The notes under the pieces: model-generated
Databases searched by the model: none
Told to the model about the DNA's origin: nothing
The model's input: the letters and a program-made list of their open reading frames with translations, nothing else
From: an uncultured Arcobacteraceae bacterium
GTDB lineage: Bacteria; Campylobacterota; Campylobacteria; Campylobacterales; Arcobacteraceae
Reading direction: 5' to 3'
Assembly (NCBI GenBank): GCA_964022095.1
Contig: CAXHZO010000018.1
Location: forward strand, 1-50,102
DNA length: 50,102 nt
Part shown: piece after piece, positions 28,421 to 38,985 of the stretch
Numbering within the stretch: the stretch's first letter is position 1
Layout: each line of letters opens with the position of its first letter
Position numbers and translations under genes: made by a program

Positions 28421-29582
28421 TTTGTAACCTTTTAAAACCTTCATTCATCTCTTCTTTTGTTATAGTTAAAGGAGGTAATAATCTTAATGTATTTTTCCCT
28501 GCTTTTAAAACTAAAACACCATTTTCAAAAGCTTTATTAATAATAGCTCCTAATGTATCAGCATCTTTAACTCTAAGCCCTTTTATTAATCCTAAGCCTA
28601 CATTTTGAGTAAATATATCTTTATTGTTTTCATAAATTTCATTTAATCTATCATTAAAATAAATCATTGTTTCATCTAATAATCCACTATCTTTGTGTTC
28701 TTCAAGTATATTTAAAACCTCAATAGCAGCAGTAGTAACTAAATAATTTCCTCCAAAAGTAGAGCCGTGATCACCAGGTGAAAAGATATCTTTGTGTGTA
28801 GTCATAACTGCACCAATAGGAACTCCTCCACCTAAACCTTTTGCTAAAGTAATAATATCTGGTTGTATCTCATATAGATTTGAAGCTAAGAATTCACCAG
28901 TTCTGTAAACACCAGTTTGAACTTCATCAACAATCAGTAAAATCTCTTTTTCTTTTAAAAATTTAGCTAAATCTTGAATCTCTTTTTTATCAAAAGGTTG
29001 AACTCCACCTTCTCCTTGCACTAGTTCAATCATAACTGCAACTGTTTCATCATCAATTGAATCATAAATCTCTTTTATAGAACTTTTGTGACTAAAACCA
29101 TCTGGATATGGTGAGAAGTTTGGTGTATGCATAGAGTCTTGTCCTGTAGCTTTTACAGTTGTAATTGTTCTACCATGAAAAGAGTGTTCTAATGTTAATA
29201 CTTTATATTTTTTACTGTTAAATTTTGTTTCACCATATTTTCTAGCAATTTTAATAGCACCTTCATTTGCCTCAGCACCACTATTTGAAAAAAATGTTCT
29301 AATATCATATCCTGATAATTCACTTAGTTTTTTTGCTAAAATGGCTTGCGGTTCAATTGCATATAAGTTTGATATGTGTGTAATATTTGAAACTTGTTCA
29401 TAAATCTTATCAGCAACTCTCTTATTCCCATGTCCTACACTAACAACAGCGATTCCAGATGTAAAGTCAATATAATCTTTATCATTTTCATCAAATAGTG
29501 TTGAGTTTACACCTTTTTTAAAATTTACATAATTTCTAGCATATGTATGAAGTACATACTCTTTATCAATTTGCTCTAACAT
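28398..29582 (-). CDS. argD: Acetylornithine aminotransferase (PLP class III)
   Basis: Motifs DFTSGIAV..VGH, NSGAEANEGAIK.AR, SFHGRT, VQGEGG, DEVQTG and AKGLGGG. Confidence 0.9.
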   Translation of the reverse strand: MLEQIDKEYVLHTYARNYVNFKKGVNSTLFDENDKDYIDFTSGIAVVSVGHGNKRVADKIYEQVSNITHISNLYAIEPQAILAKKLSELSGYDIRTFFSNSGAEANEGAIKIARKYGETKFNSKKYKVLTLEHSFHGRTITTVKATGQDSMHTPNFSPYPDGFSHKSSIKEIYDSIDDETVAVMIELVQGEGGVQPFDKKEIQDLAKFLKEKEILLIVDEVQTGVYRTGEFLASNLYEIQPDIITLAKGLGGGVPIGAVMTTHKDIFSPGDHGSTFGGNYLVTTAAIEVLNILEEHKDSGLLDETMIYFNDRLNEIYENNKDIFTQNVGLGLIKGLRVKDADTLGAIINKAFENGVLVLKAGKNTLRLLPPLTITKEEMNEGFKRLQNALDQIK

Positions 29583-29634
29583 TCTTTTTCCTAAAAGTTT
29601 TTAAAATTTGTATTGATTATATCTAATCATATAT

Positions 29635-31944
29635 TTAATCCAAATCATTTATTGCATTATCATAATATCTATTTAAATCAAATAACCCAAACTCTATATT
29701 ATCTTGCTTTTTAAACTCCTTTGTAAACCAATCATAAACTTCCCAGAATTTTGGATTTGCTCTATTAATTGCATATTTTAAAAGCCTTTTTTTGTGATTT
29801 TTTGTATCTTGATAATTATATATCAAATTGAAAAAATCACTAAGTTCATCTTGTTTTACAACTACAAAAGCATTTGGATAAGAACCTATAAAACCTTCTA
29901 TAAAGTTTATTCTATCTTTAGAAGCATCTAATCTAGAATCTTCATCAAACATTAATGCAACATTATCATGCCATCTATTTATAACCATTGTATAAACTAA
30001 ATTTTCACCACTATTTAGCTCTATTTTTATATATGCTAAATTTGATTTATCATTTGTATAATTTTGTATTAGCTTAGAGTTATTTGGTAAAGTTAACATT
30101 TTTAACGTTTGAGTTATTTGCTTTTTATTTTCGTATTTTTCTAAAATAGTTGTAGCTTTATAATCTTCTTGTATAAAATTGATATCATCTTTTTTAGTAT
30201 TGGTATATTCAAGAACTTTATTTATAAATTCATCTTTATAGTTTGTAGTTTTAAACTCTATATTTGATTTAGTTTTAGAAGGTACATAATATGTGAAGTA
30301 TTTTGCAATCCAACTTTTATACCAAGAATTAAAATACTCTTTTCTAGATTCTATAGGCAAAAATTCTAAAAAATTTGTTTCTCCTTCTATTCTTAGTCTA
30401 TCCATATGTTTTCTAACTAAAAATTGATGTTGAGTGCTCCCAAATACATCAAATCCTGCTACTAAAGAGTAGTAAAGTCTTTCAAGTAGTGGAAAATCTA
30501 TTAGCCATAGTGTTCTAGGTATATTCCCAAGTGCTCCTTTATGAACTGAAGCTGAATCAAAGTGTCTGTAGATTGTTAATAATGCATCATTTTGTTCTTC
30601 TTGATTTCCTTTCCAAATAGCTTGTATTGGTATACCGTTTTTATAATATGAGTTATAAATAGCATTTTTATTTTTATAATAATCAACTGCTTGTTCATAG
30701 TTGTCAACTATTGAAAAAGTTTCTAATAAATCGGGGTTATCTCCATATTTATTAGGAATTGATAAATGGTGTAAATTATCATTTAAATAGTATTTGTTTT
30801 TTACTGCTAAATCATAATCTGGATCCATAAACATAACCCAAAAATGATCGTTTATCACATTTAATGCGATTTGACCTTTGCAAACAGGACCTCTAATATA
30901 ATTCATAATTACATAATGAATATCATCTAGTAAAAATTGATATCTACTTTTTGCAGGCATTTGTTTAAATGTTTTTAATGCATTTGAAGAAACTTTTGAA
31001 TCATAAGGAGGTATATATGGTTCCTCTGTCCATTTAGTATTTATAAAAAGCTCAGTATATCTAGATAGTTTTTCTTTGTTCATTTTATAAACCATATGGG
31101 TTTTATGGACAATTGTAGATTTTATTAGTCTAAACCTATAATAAAACTCTTCATTTATCTTATCATATGGAAATCTTGTAGCAATTATTTCAACAGGACC
31201 TGTTTTTGTTTTTGATCTTACAAGTTCAAAAAAGTTTTCACTATTTTTATCAAAAGAGATATGTGCTAAAAAAAGATGTTCAAAAATATATCTAGCACTA
31301 ACTTGATGTTTTATATTTTTATTGTTAAAAAACTCTTCAAACTGTATTATTAAACTATTTTCTAAATCATTAACCTCAAACTTCTCATCACTTGTTAAAT
31401 CTTTTTGTTTAAGCCATTTTGTTAATAATTCATGCTCTTTTTTAGATATAACAGGTAATCCATAGGGCATACCATGGTTTGGTTTATCTTCTAAATACTT
31501 CTCTAATTCATCTTTAGTCTTTATACAAGATAGCTCATCAGTTTCAGGTGAGTATTTACCTATGTTTAAAGGGTTTTTTTGTTTTTGTTCAAGAAGTTCA
31601 ATCATAACTGAAGTATCACTATTTTTAAAATGTTGTGAAACTGAATAAAAATCTTTTTCTCTCCATTGATTTTCATTTAATGCATCAACAAAAAGTCTTG
31701 TAGGATTTACTGCATTTAATCTATTTTCATAAATAGAAGTTTTACTAGCACCTCTTTTAAGTCCATCAAAAGAGGATAATTTTAATTGACAAGGTGAATT
31801 GTAACATGAGTGGCAAGTGACACATCGGTTATCTAGTATTGGTTTAATATCTTTTGCATAAGAAATAGTATTATTTTCATTTGCAAAAGTAGGGCTTATA
31901 AAAGTCAATACGAGTAATAAAATAAAAGCTAAATGTAATTTCAT
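29635..31944 (-). CDS. cti: Fatty acid cis/trans isomerase (cytochrome c-type)
   Basis: Signal peptide; RCVTCHSCY.SPCQLKL (CxxCH), ARY.FEHLFLAH, RGPVCKGQIALNVI.DHFW, RHFDSASV and DLNRY. Confidence 0.93.
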   Translation of the reverse strand: MKLHLAFILLLVLTFISPTFANENNTISYAKDIKPILDNRCVTCHSCYNSPCQLKLSSFDGLKRGASKTSIYENRLNAVNPTRLFVDALNENQWREKDFYSVSQHFKNSDTSVMIELLEQKQKNPLNIGKYSPETDELSCIKTKDELEKYLEDKPNHGMPYGLPVISKKEHELLTKWLKQKDLTSDEKFEVNDLENSLIIQFEEFFNNKNIKHQVSARYIFEHLFLAHISFDKNSENFFELVRSKTKTGPVEIIATRFPYDKINEEFYYRFRLIKSTIVHKTHMVYKMNKEKLSRYTELFINTKWTEEPYIPPYDSKVSSNALKTFKQMPAKSRYQFLLDDIHYVIMNYIRGPVCKGQIALNVINDHFWVMFMDPDYDLAVKNKYYLNDNLHHLSIPNKYGDNPDLLETFSIVDNYEQAVDYYKNKNAIYNSYYKNGIPIQAIWKGNQEEQNDALLTIYRHFDSASVHKGALGNIPRTLWLIDFPLLERLYYSLVAGFDVFGSTQHQFLVRKHMDRLRIEGETNFLEFLPIESRKEYFNSWYKSWIAKYFTYYVPSKTKSNIEFKTTNYKDEFINKVLEYTNTKKDDINFIQEDYKATTILEKYENKKQITQTLKMLTLPNNSKLIQNYTNDKSNLAYIKIELNSGENLVYTMVINRWHDNVALMFDEDSRLDASKDRINFIEGFIGSYPNAFVVVKQDELSDFFNLIYNYQDTKNHKKRLLKYAINRANPKFWEVYDWFTKEFKKQDNIEFGLFDLNRYYDNAINDLD

Positions 31945-32038
31945 AAAAAATCCTAAAATATAATCGCGTGTATTATACAGAAATTTTAATATTTAAACAG
32001 ATTTTTGCTAAAATCAAAACTAAAATTAAAGGAAAAAA

Positions 32039-32917
32039 ATGCAGCATTTGATAAGGACTTCTGACTTTTCTAAAGATGAGATATTAGGGCTATTTGAAGA
32101 CGCAAGAGAGTATTTAAAATTTGAATCTAATGAAGTTTTAAAAGGTAAAATTATAGTAACTTTGTTTTTTGAAAATTCAACAAGAACAAGAAGTTCATTT
32201 GAAATTGCAGCAAAAAGATTAGGTGCTGAAATTGTGTCACTTGATGTTGGAACATCTTCAACTTCAAAGGGAGAGACTATTTTTGATACAGTTGCTAATA
32301 TTAATGCAATGAAACCTGATGCAATTATTATTAGACACTCTGAATGTGGATTACCTGAATCATTAGCACAATTTGTTGATTGTCCCATTATCAATGCAGG
32401 TGATGGTAAACACGCTCATCCCACTCAAGCATTATTAGATTTGTTTACTATATATGAACACTTTGATGGTCAAACTGATGGAAGAAAAGTTGCAATAGTT
32501 GGGGATGTTAGAACTTCAAGAGTTGCAGGTTCAAATAGAAAATTACTTCCAAGATTTGGTATGGAAGTGTGTTTTGTAAGCCCAGAGTGTTTTAGGTATG
32601 AAGGTGATGATTTTGCTACATATACAAGTTTAGATGATGTAATTGATGAACTAGATATTATTATGAGTCTAAGAACTCAGCTTGAAAGACATAATCAAGT
32701 ATATTTTGAGTCATTAAATGAGTATGCAAAAGATTTTTGTATTACAACTGAAGTAATGCAAGATAGAGATATTTTACTTTTACATCCAGGTCCTGTAAAT
32801 AGAAATGTTGATATTAGTGATGAGATGTTAAAAGATCCAAGAAATAAAATCTTAGAACAAGTTACAAATGGTGTTGCAATAAGAGCAGCAGTACTTAAAA
32901 AACTTATATTAGGTTAA
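32039..32917 (+). CDS. pyrB: Aspartate carbamoyltransferase catalytic subunit
   Basis: Motifs FFENSTRTRSSFE, INAGDG.HAHPTQALLD and HPGP.NR. Confidence 0.97.
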   Translation: MQHLIRTSDFSKDEILGLFEDAREYLKFESNEVLKGKIIVTLFFENSTRTRSSFEIAAKRLGAEIVSLDVGTSSTSKGETIFDTVANINAMKPDAIIIRHSECGLPESLAQFVDCPIINAGDGKHAHPTQALLDLFTIYEHFDGQTDGRKVAIVGDVRTSRVAGSNRKLLPRFGMEVCFVSPECFRYEGDDFATYTSLDDVIDELDIIMSLRTQLERHNQVYFESLNEYAKDFCITTEVMQDRDILLLHPGPVNRNVDISDEMLKDPRNKILEQVTNGVAIRAAVLKKLILG

Positions 32918-32918
32918 C

Positions 32919-33884
32919 TTGAGTAAAGATGAACTAAAAAAAATACTTAATAATTATGGCTCTTTAAAAGAGCCATTTTTATTTGTAGTATCCTATGATT
33001 TATCAAAGTTTTATATAAAAAAACTATCAGAATTACCAAAGCGTGTAAAATACGAATTGGATTTTCATGAACCATTAAAATCAAATCAGAAAACACAAAT
33101 CAAAAAGTTTCCATTAGACTTTTCACTATATAAGAAGAAGTTTGATTTTATTCAAGAACAAATCAAAAGTGGAAATAGTTATCTTTTAAATTTAACTTCT
33201 AAAACAAAAATTCAAACAAAATTCTCTTTAGATGAAATATATAAAAAAACCCATGCAAAATTTAAATTAAGATTTAAAAACGGTAATGATAATTTTGTAT
33301 GTTTTTCTCCTGAAAGATTTGTACAAATTAAGAAAAATAAAATTTACACACATCCAATGAAAGGTACAATTGATGCAGAAATACCAAATGCATCAGCTAA
33401 AATCTTAGGAGATGTAAAAGAGATGGCTGAGCATACAATGGTTGTTGATTTGCTTAGAAATGATTTAGGAATTATTGGTTCAAAGGTTAGAGTTGATAAG
33501 TTTAGATATTGTGAAAAAATAAATGCAGGGGAAAAAAAGCTTCTACAAGTTAGTTCAAAAATTTCTGCAAATTTAGATTTGAATTGGCATGAAAAAATAG
33601 GGGACATATTAACTTCTATTTTACCTGCTGGTTCAATAACTGGAACTCCAAAGAAAAAGACTATTGAAATTCTTGAAAATATTGAAGGCTATGAAAGAGA
33701 TTTTTATACTGGTGTATTTGGCGTTTATGATGGAAATAGTCTTGATAGTGCTGTTATGATTAGATTTATTGAAGAAAATGAATATGGTGAGATGTTTTAC
33801 AAAAGTGGTGGTGGTATTACTTGTGATAGTGATGCAGAAAATGAATATCAAGAGTTAATTGATAAAATATATTTACCATTTTAG
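32919..33884 (+). CDS. pabB: Aminodeoxychorismate synthase component I
   Basis: Motifs SPERF, PMKGT, KE.AEH.MVVDLLRNDL, PAGSITG.PK, DSAVMIR and SGGGIT. Confidence 0.9.
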   Translation: MSKDELKKILNNYGSLKEPFLFVVSYDLSKFYIKKLSELPKRVKYELDFHEPLKSNQKTQIKKFPLDFSLYKKKFDFIQEQIKSGNSYLLNLTSKTKIQTKFSLDEIYKKTHAKFKLRFKNGNDNFVCFSPERFVQIKKNKIYTHPMKGTIDAEIPNASAKILGDVKEMAEHTMVVDLLRNDLGIIGSKVRVDKFRYCEKINAGEKKLLQVSSKISANLDLNWHEKIGDILTSILPAGSITGTPKKKTIEILENIEGYERDFYTGVFGVYDGNSLDSAVMIRFIEENEYGEMFYKSGGGITCDSDAENEYQELIDKIYLPF

Positions 33885-33892
33885 GAGTAAGT

Positions 33893-34459
33893 TTGCAAGA
33901 GTATTTTGAAACTATAAAGTGTGATGATTTTGAAGTTTTTAATTTAAAATATCATGAAGATAGAATCTCTAGAACAATAGGCTTAAATATAAATTTACAA
34001 GAGTACATTTATCCACTTACAAATGAATTATTAAGATGTAAACTTATTTACAACGAATCGGGCATTTTAAATGTAGATTTTTTCCCTTATGAAAAAAGAG
34101 AGATAAAAACTTTTAAAATTTTATTTGATGATAATATTGATTACTCTAAAAAATATTTAGATAGAAGTTTACTTGATAAACTGTTTGCAAAAAAAGAAGA
34201 TTGTGATGAGATAATAATTGTAAGAAATGGAATTGTTACTGATACATCAATTGCAAATATTGCAGTTTTTTATGAAAACCAATGGATAATTTCAAAAGAG
34301 TCTTTACTCGAAGGTACTACAAAAAAAAGGCTTGTGCTACAAAAAGAATTGATTTTAAAAGACATTACTCTTGAAATGCTACAAAATAGTACTAAAATAG
34401 CACTTTTAAATGCAATGATTGGTTTTGATATTTTAGAAGATTATTCTTTTAAGATATAA
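33893..34459 (+). CDS. pabC: Aminotransferase class IV, probable 4-amino-4-deoxychorismate lyase
   Basis: Motifs FETIK, H.DR, DTSIAN, LLEGT and NAM; directly downstream of pabB. Confidence 0.75.
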   Translation: MQEYFETIKCDDFEVFNLKYHEDRISRTIGLNINLQEYIYPLTNELLRCKLIYNESGILNVDFFPYEKREIKTFKILFDDNIDYSKKYLDRSLLDKLFAKKEDCDEIIIVRNGIVTDTSIANIAVFYENQWIISKESLLEGTTKKRLVLQKELILKDITLEMLQNSTKIALLNAMIGFDILEDYSFKI

Positions 34460-35082
34460 ACTCTTCTTAGTAGTTTCCTCCATTTATCACTTTTCCCCCA
34501 ATTTATTTTAACTTTTTTTGTAAAGCCAGATGAAGTAAATTTATATGAATCAAATTCATTAAATGCAAACTTAGGAATAAGTTTCTTTCTTTTTGTAAAA
34601 GGAATTACTTTAAAACTCAAGTTATCCAAAACTAATGGAGTAGCTTTTTTATTTTCTAAATATAAAAGAACCATATGAGAATCAGTTTGTCCTTTTACAT
34701 CTACAACAGCAAAATACAGTTTTTCTTTAGGAATACCTAATTCTAGTAAAGTGAAATATTTAGTGATTGCATAGTCTTCACAATCTCCATGTCCTTGTAT
34801 CAAAAACTCTTTAGGTGTTGCCCAATAATCAATTGATGAATTCTTTGCAAGATCATGTGCTGGTAAAATTTTGTTTATAAATGAGTTTATATGAGATAGT
34901 TTTCTAATTAAAGTGTAATCTTTTACTTTATTTTTTAGTGTCTGATACTTTTTTAATCTATTTACGATGAAGGGTTTTTTTATTGATTTATTAATATATT
35001 TTATATCTTTTTGATTAAGTTTAAATTCATATGCATTTAAATAGTAAGTAGTTAAAAAAATAAGGAAAATAGTTCGTATCAT
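34441..35082 (-). CDS. Bacterial transglutaminase-like cysteine proteinase (BTLCP, LapG-like), exported
   Basis: Motifs DYWATPKEFL...GDCEDYAITKYFTL, SHMVL and LVLDNL give a Cys-His-Asp triad; signal peptide from ATG 35082. Confidence 0.9.
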   Translation of the reverse strand: MIRTIFLIFLTTYYLNAYEFKLNQKDIKYINKSIKKPFIVNRLKKYQTLKNKVKDYTLIRKLSHINSFINKILPAHDLAKNSSIDYWATPKEFLIQGHGDCEDYAITKYFTLLELGIPKEKLYFAVVDVKGQTDSHMVLLYLENKKATPLVLDNLSFKVIPFTKRKKLIPKFAFNEFDSYKFTSSGFTKKVKINWGKSDKWRKLLRRVYILKE

Positions 35083-35122
35083 TTGATATAATATCAATAA
35101 AAACTTGAAATAGGTATTAATT

Positions 35123-35557
35123 ATGATAAAAGATATTTTAGAAAATGAAAACTATAAGGACTTAGTTATAAAGCAAATAAAAGAAGTGATTTTGTATCTA
35201 TTAGAGCAAGATCAAGAATTCTCAATAACTGCAAATATAGACGCAGTCTCTTTTGATCCAGAACTTCCAGATGTAGTAAAAGATCAGTTGTCAAAATACT
35301 CTTTATTTATTCTAAGTAATTATACATACACAACAATTGTCTTAAATGATGAATATATTAGTTTTGAAGCCGGTTTTGGAAGTGAAAATTTTGGTTCAAC
35401 AGTAAAAGTTCCATTGCAGTCTATTTTCCAGATAATAATTGATGAATCAATTCTTTATATAAATCCAGTTGCAACAATAGATAAGTTTAATAAAGATAGA
35501 AAATCTAATTCAATAAATGTATTTAAAAATAATCCGAATAATAAGAAGTTTAATTAA
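35123..35557 (+). CDS. Hypothetical protein with an SspB-like segment
   Basis: ATG with an AGGT RBS; segment ISFEAGFG...STVKVPLQSIFQI resembles the SspB core. Confidence 0.7.
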   Translation: MIKDILENENYKDLVIKQIKEVILYLLEQDQEFSITANIDAVSFDPELPDVVKDQLSKYSLFILSNYTYTTIVLNDEYISFEAGFGSENFGSTVKVPLQSIFQIIIDESILYINPVATIDKFNKDRKSNSINVFKNNPNNKKFN

Positions 35558-35561
35558 GTAG

Positions 35562-35588
35562 TATTAAATAGGCTAAGCCTATTTAATA
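35562..35588. terminator. Bidirectional terminator hairpin
   Basis: TATTAAATAGGC-taa-GCCTATTTAATA between convergent genes. Confidence 0.7.
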
Positions 35589-35589
35589 T

Positions 35590-36588
35590 TTAGTCGTTTG
35601 GTGAAAATTTAAATAGTGCACTACCCCATGTTAGTCCACCACCAAAGGCATCAAATAATACTGTATCACCTTTTTTAATTTTACCTTGCTCATATGCATA
35701 GTTCATAGCCATTGGAATTGAAGCTGCTGAAGTATTACCATATTTATCTACAGTTACTACAGTTTGGTCTTCATTAAATCCAAGAGCATCCCCTACAGCT
35801 TTTATAATTCTATAGTTTGCTTGGTGAGGAATAAAATGATTAATATCATCATTTGATAAATTATGTTTTTCCATCATTACTTTAACATCTGAAGTTAAAG
35901 TTTTAACGGCAAGTTTGAAAGTTTCGTTACCTTTCATTCTAATACAGGCCATTTTAGCATCAAGAACTTCTTGAGAACATGGATTTAAACTTCCTCCACC
36001 TGGAGTTTTGATTAAATCATCATAGTTTCCATCGCTTGAACAATTTACATCTATAATTGATTCATCTTTGTTGTTAGTTGCTGAAACAATAGCTGCTCCT
36101 GCTCCATCTCCAAAAATAAAACATGTTCCTCTATCTGTATAATCTAAAATAGATGTGTACTTTTCAGCACCAACTATTAAAACATTTTTTTTCATACCAG
36201 ATTCAATAAATGCTTTTGCTACAGATGTTGCATAAACAAACCCTGTACAAGCAGCACTGATATCATATGCCATTACAGGAGGTAAACCTAGTTTTGATGC
36301 GATTAAACATGCAGTTGAAGGCATACATAAAAAATCTGGAGTTACTGTTGCACAAATCACTAAATCAATATCTTCTTTAGCAATTCCAGCACGCTCAATT
36401 GCTTGTTGTGCTGCTTTAGCTCCCATATCAGATGGAGCTTCATTTTTTTCAGAGACTCTTCTTTCTTTAATACCAGTTCTTTTTGTTATCCACTCATCAC
36501 TAGTATCTATAATTTTTTCAAAATCTGCATTTGTCATAATCTTAGGTGGAACGTAAGCTCCAATAGATCTAAAAGCTGCATATGTCAT
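35590..36588 (-). CDS. fabH: Beta-ketoacyl-ACP synthase III
   Basis: Motifs DTSDEWI.KRTGI.ERR, AACTGF, FGDGAGA, PHQAN and GNTSAASIP. Confidence 0.97.
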   Translation of the reverse strand: MTYAAFRSIGAYVPPKIMTNADFEKIIDTSDEWITKRTGIKERRVSEKNEAPSDMGAKAAQQAIERAGIAKEDIDLVICATVTPDFLCMPSTACLIASKLGLPPVMAYDISAACTGFVYATSVAKAFIESGMKKNVLIVGAEKYTSILDYTDRGTCFIFGDGAGAAIVSATNNKDESIIDVNCSSDGNYDDLIKTPGGGSLNPCSQEVLDAKMACIRMKGNETFKLAVKTLTSDVKVMMEKHNLSNDDINHFIPHQANYRIIKAVGDALGFNEDQTVVTVDKYGNTSAASIPMAMNYAYEQGKIKKGDTVLFDAFGGGLTWGSALFKFSPND

Positions 36589-36612
36589 TTTTGCATATCC
36601 TTAAAAAAGTAA

Positions 36613-37608
36613 TTAGTTGTTATTTAGTTCTGCTAATCTTGATTCAATTATTGTATCAAAATTTGAACTTGCAGCATTTATAGCTTGGAAAATAGCATTT
36701 TGAATTGCTTTTTGATTCGATTTTCCATGGGCTATAATTACAGGCGCTTTAACACCTAATAATGGAGCTCCACCATATTCTGCATAATCAACTCTTACTT
36801 TTAAATTTTTGAACACTTTTCTCATTAATACTGCACCAGTAATAGAGATCAGTGATCTTTTTAAATTTTTCTTAATAATTTTACCAATAGTATCTGCAAC
36901 ACCTTCTGCAGTCTTTAGTAAAATATTACCAACGAATCCATCACATACAACTACATCAACTGTCCCTTTGAAGATATCGCTACCTTCAACATTTCCTGCG
37001 AAATTTGGTAGTTTAGATATTAGTTTATATGCTTCTTTTGTAACTTCATTCCCTTTACTCTCTTCTTCTCCATTACTTAATAAACCAACTATTGGTTCAT
37101 CTTGTTGTAATGCATATTGAGCGTAAGTTTGTCCCATTACTGCAAACTCAAAAAGATTTTTTGAATCACTGTCAACATTTGCTCCAACGTCTAATACTAA
37201 TGTATTTTGATTTTCACTAGTTGGCATAAGTGTTGCAATAGCAGGTCTAGATACACCTTTGATTCTACCAATTCTTAATGTTGCTAGTGACATAGAAGCA
37301 CCAGAGTGTCCAGCAGATACTATTGCATGAGCTTTTCCTTCTTTTACTAAGTCTATAGCTTTATAAATTGTAGATTCTTTTCTTTTTAATGCATCAGTTG
37401 CTGAGTCACTCATACTAATTACATCTTCTGTATGTATAATTTCAATTCTAGATAAAAGGTTTTGTGGAATTAATGGTAATAATTGTTCTTTATCACCAAC
37501 TGCAATTGCAGTGAAGTTATTGTTTTTTTTAAGAGCTGCAATCAGCCCATCAACTATAGGAGTAGGACCGAAATCCCCACCCATAGCATCAATAGCTATT
37601 GTTAACAT
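36613..37608 (-). CDS. plsX: Phosphate acyltransferase PlsX
   Basis: Motifs [33 protein letters not shown] and GAPLLG. Confidence 0.97.
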   Translation of the reverse strand: MLTIAIDAMGGDFGPTPIVDGLIAALKKNNNFTAIAVGDKEQLLPLIPQNLLSRIEIIHTEDVISMSDSATDALKRKESTIYKAIDLVKEGKAHAIVSAGHSGASMSLATLRIGRIKGVSRPAIATLMPTSENQNTLVLDVGANVDSDSKNLFEFAVMGQTYAQYALQQDEPIVGLLSNGEEESKGNEVTKEAYKLISKLPNFAGNVEGSDIFKGTVDVVVCDGFVGNILLKTAEGVADTIGKIIKKNLKRSLISITGAVLMRKVFKNLKVRVDYAEYGGAPLLGVKAPVIIAHGKSNQKAIQNAIFQAINAASSNFDTIIESRLAELNNN

Positions 37609-37760
37609 TAGCTCTTATATTCACCAGTATTTGGATTAACCATGTGAGGCATTTTCCAAGAACCATCGCTGTCTTTTACAGGTCTTTTTAATGTAATTTT
37701 GTAATGAGTTCTTCTTTTTGCCGCTCTACTATGAGAGACTCTTCTCTTTGGTACTGCCAT
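37608..37760 (-). CDS. rpmF: 50S ribosomal protein L32 (not in ORF track)
   Basis: Manual translation [59 protein letters not shown]; canonical position before plsX. Confidence 0.95.
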   Translation of the reverse strand: MAVPKRRVSHSRAAKRRTHYKITLKRPVKDSDGSWKMPHMVNPNTGEYKS

Positions 37761-37771
37761 TTTTTTTCTCC

Positions 37772-38149
37772 TTAAAATTCTTTTTCAAAGTCATCATTGC
37801 TTTGTGAACAATTTTCACAAATGAAATAATCACTTTTAATACAGTTTAATTCACCTTGAATTATTTCATCAAAATCAATCGTACTGTTTTCTATTTCTAT
37901 AACTAACTCTTCACTTTCATCATTCTTGTAGATTCCATCGCTTAACAAGAAGTTTAGTGTTTCGTCAACTTCAATAATTTCAGTCTTTCCACATCTACAG
38001 CAATCGATATCTGTATTACCTACTAATTCAGCATCGATTTTGACTAATGATTGCGATATTTTACAGAAAGTACCTTCAATCTTTACTGAATCAAGCTCAA
38101 TAACCAATTCCTTGGGCGTTGATGGTACTTTTCTAAACTCTATTTTCAT
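37772..38149 (-). CDS. YceD/DUF177-like metal-binding protein
   Basis: CxRC and CxxC motifs, ID.DEII; canonical position upstream of rpmF. Confidence 0.8.
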   Translation of the reverse strand: MKIEFRKVPSTPKELVIELDSVKIEGTFCKISQSLVKIDAELVGNTDIDCCRCGKTEIIEVDETLNFLLSDGIYKNDESEELVIEIENSTIDFDEIIQGELNCIKSDYFICENCSQSNDDFEKEF

Positions 38150-38174
38150 GAATAAAAGTTAATTTATTAATAAA

Positions 38175-38588
38175 TTAACAAATTTCTCTTTGTGCAAAAA
38201 AGAAATTAATTTCAGTTTCTGCATTTTCTAATGAATCAGAACCATGAACTGCATTTGCATCAATAGATTCTGCAAAGTCTGCTCTAATTGTTCCAGCTTC
38301 AGCTTCTTTAGGGTTTGTAGCACCCATTAAGTCTCTGTTTTTAGCCATAGCGTTTTCACCTTCTAAAACAGTTACAACAACTGGCCCAGAAATCATGAAT
38401 TCAACTAATTCACCAAAGAAAGGTCTTTCAGCGTGAACTGCGTAAAATGCTTCAGCATCAGCTTTGCTTAACTGTACTTTTTTAGTAGCAGCAATTCTTA
38501 ATCCATTTGATTCAAATCTATCTAAGATTTTTCCAACAACGTTCTTAGCTACTGCATCAGGTTTGATGATTGATAATGTTTGTTCCAT
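38175..38588 (-). CDS. ndk: Nucleoside diphosphate kinase
   Basis: Motifs [17 protein letters not shown] and NAVHGSDS. Confidence 0.98.
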   Translation of the reverse strand: MEQTLSIIKPDAVAKNVVGKILDRFESNGLRIAATKKVQLSKADAEAFYAVHAERPFFGELVEFMISGPVVVTVLEGENAMAKNRDLMGATNPKEAEAGTIRADFAESIDANAVHGSDSLENAETEINFFFAQREIC

Positions 38589-38642
38589 TACATATATTCC
38601 TCAATTTAATTTTCAAGTCGCGGATTATATCTAAAAAAATAA

Positions 38643-38676
38643 AAAAAGGCAAGTAGTAAAAACTACTTGCCTTTTT
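38643..38676 (-). terminator. Intrinsic terminator downstream of the ferredoxin gene
   Basis: AAAAAGGCAAGTAGT-aaaa-ACTACTTGCCTTTTT, with an A-tract on the + strand. Confidence 0.85.
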
Positions 38677-38709
38677 AATAATTGATAATTGAGTTAAAAA
38701 AGTTGAGAA

Positions 38710-38985
38710 TTAGTCTTCAACTACAGGAGTATTAGGCTCACCTCTGTCTTCTTTTTCAACAGATCCAGATCCAACTTCATCCCATTGAATACATCCCTCA
38801 GTTGGACATGCGTCAGCACATGCCGGTGCGTCATTGTGTCCTACACATTCAACACATTTGTCAGCGTATACGTAATATACATCTTCCCCAGTTGGATTTT
38901 CATCATTATCAACGATTGCTTCTACTGGACACTCATCTAAACATGCGTCACAGCTAATACAGATATCAGTAATTTTAACTGCCAT
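38710..38985 (-). CDS. 2x[4Fe-4S] ferredoxin (FdxA-like)
   Basis: Motifs CISCDACLDECP and CVECVGH....CADACP; divergent from ahpC as in Campylobacter. Confidence 0.93.
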   Translation of the reverse strand: MAVKITDICISCDACLDECPVEAIVDNDENPTGEDVYYVYADKCVECVGHNDAPACADACPTEGCIQWDEVGSGSVEKEDRGEPNTPVVED

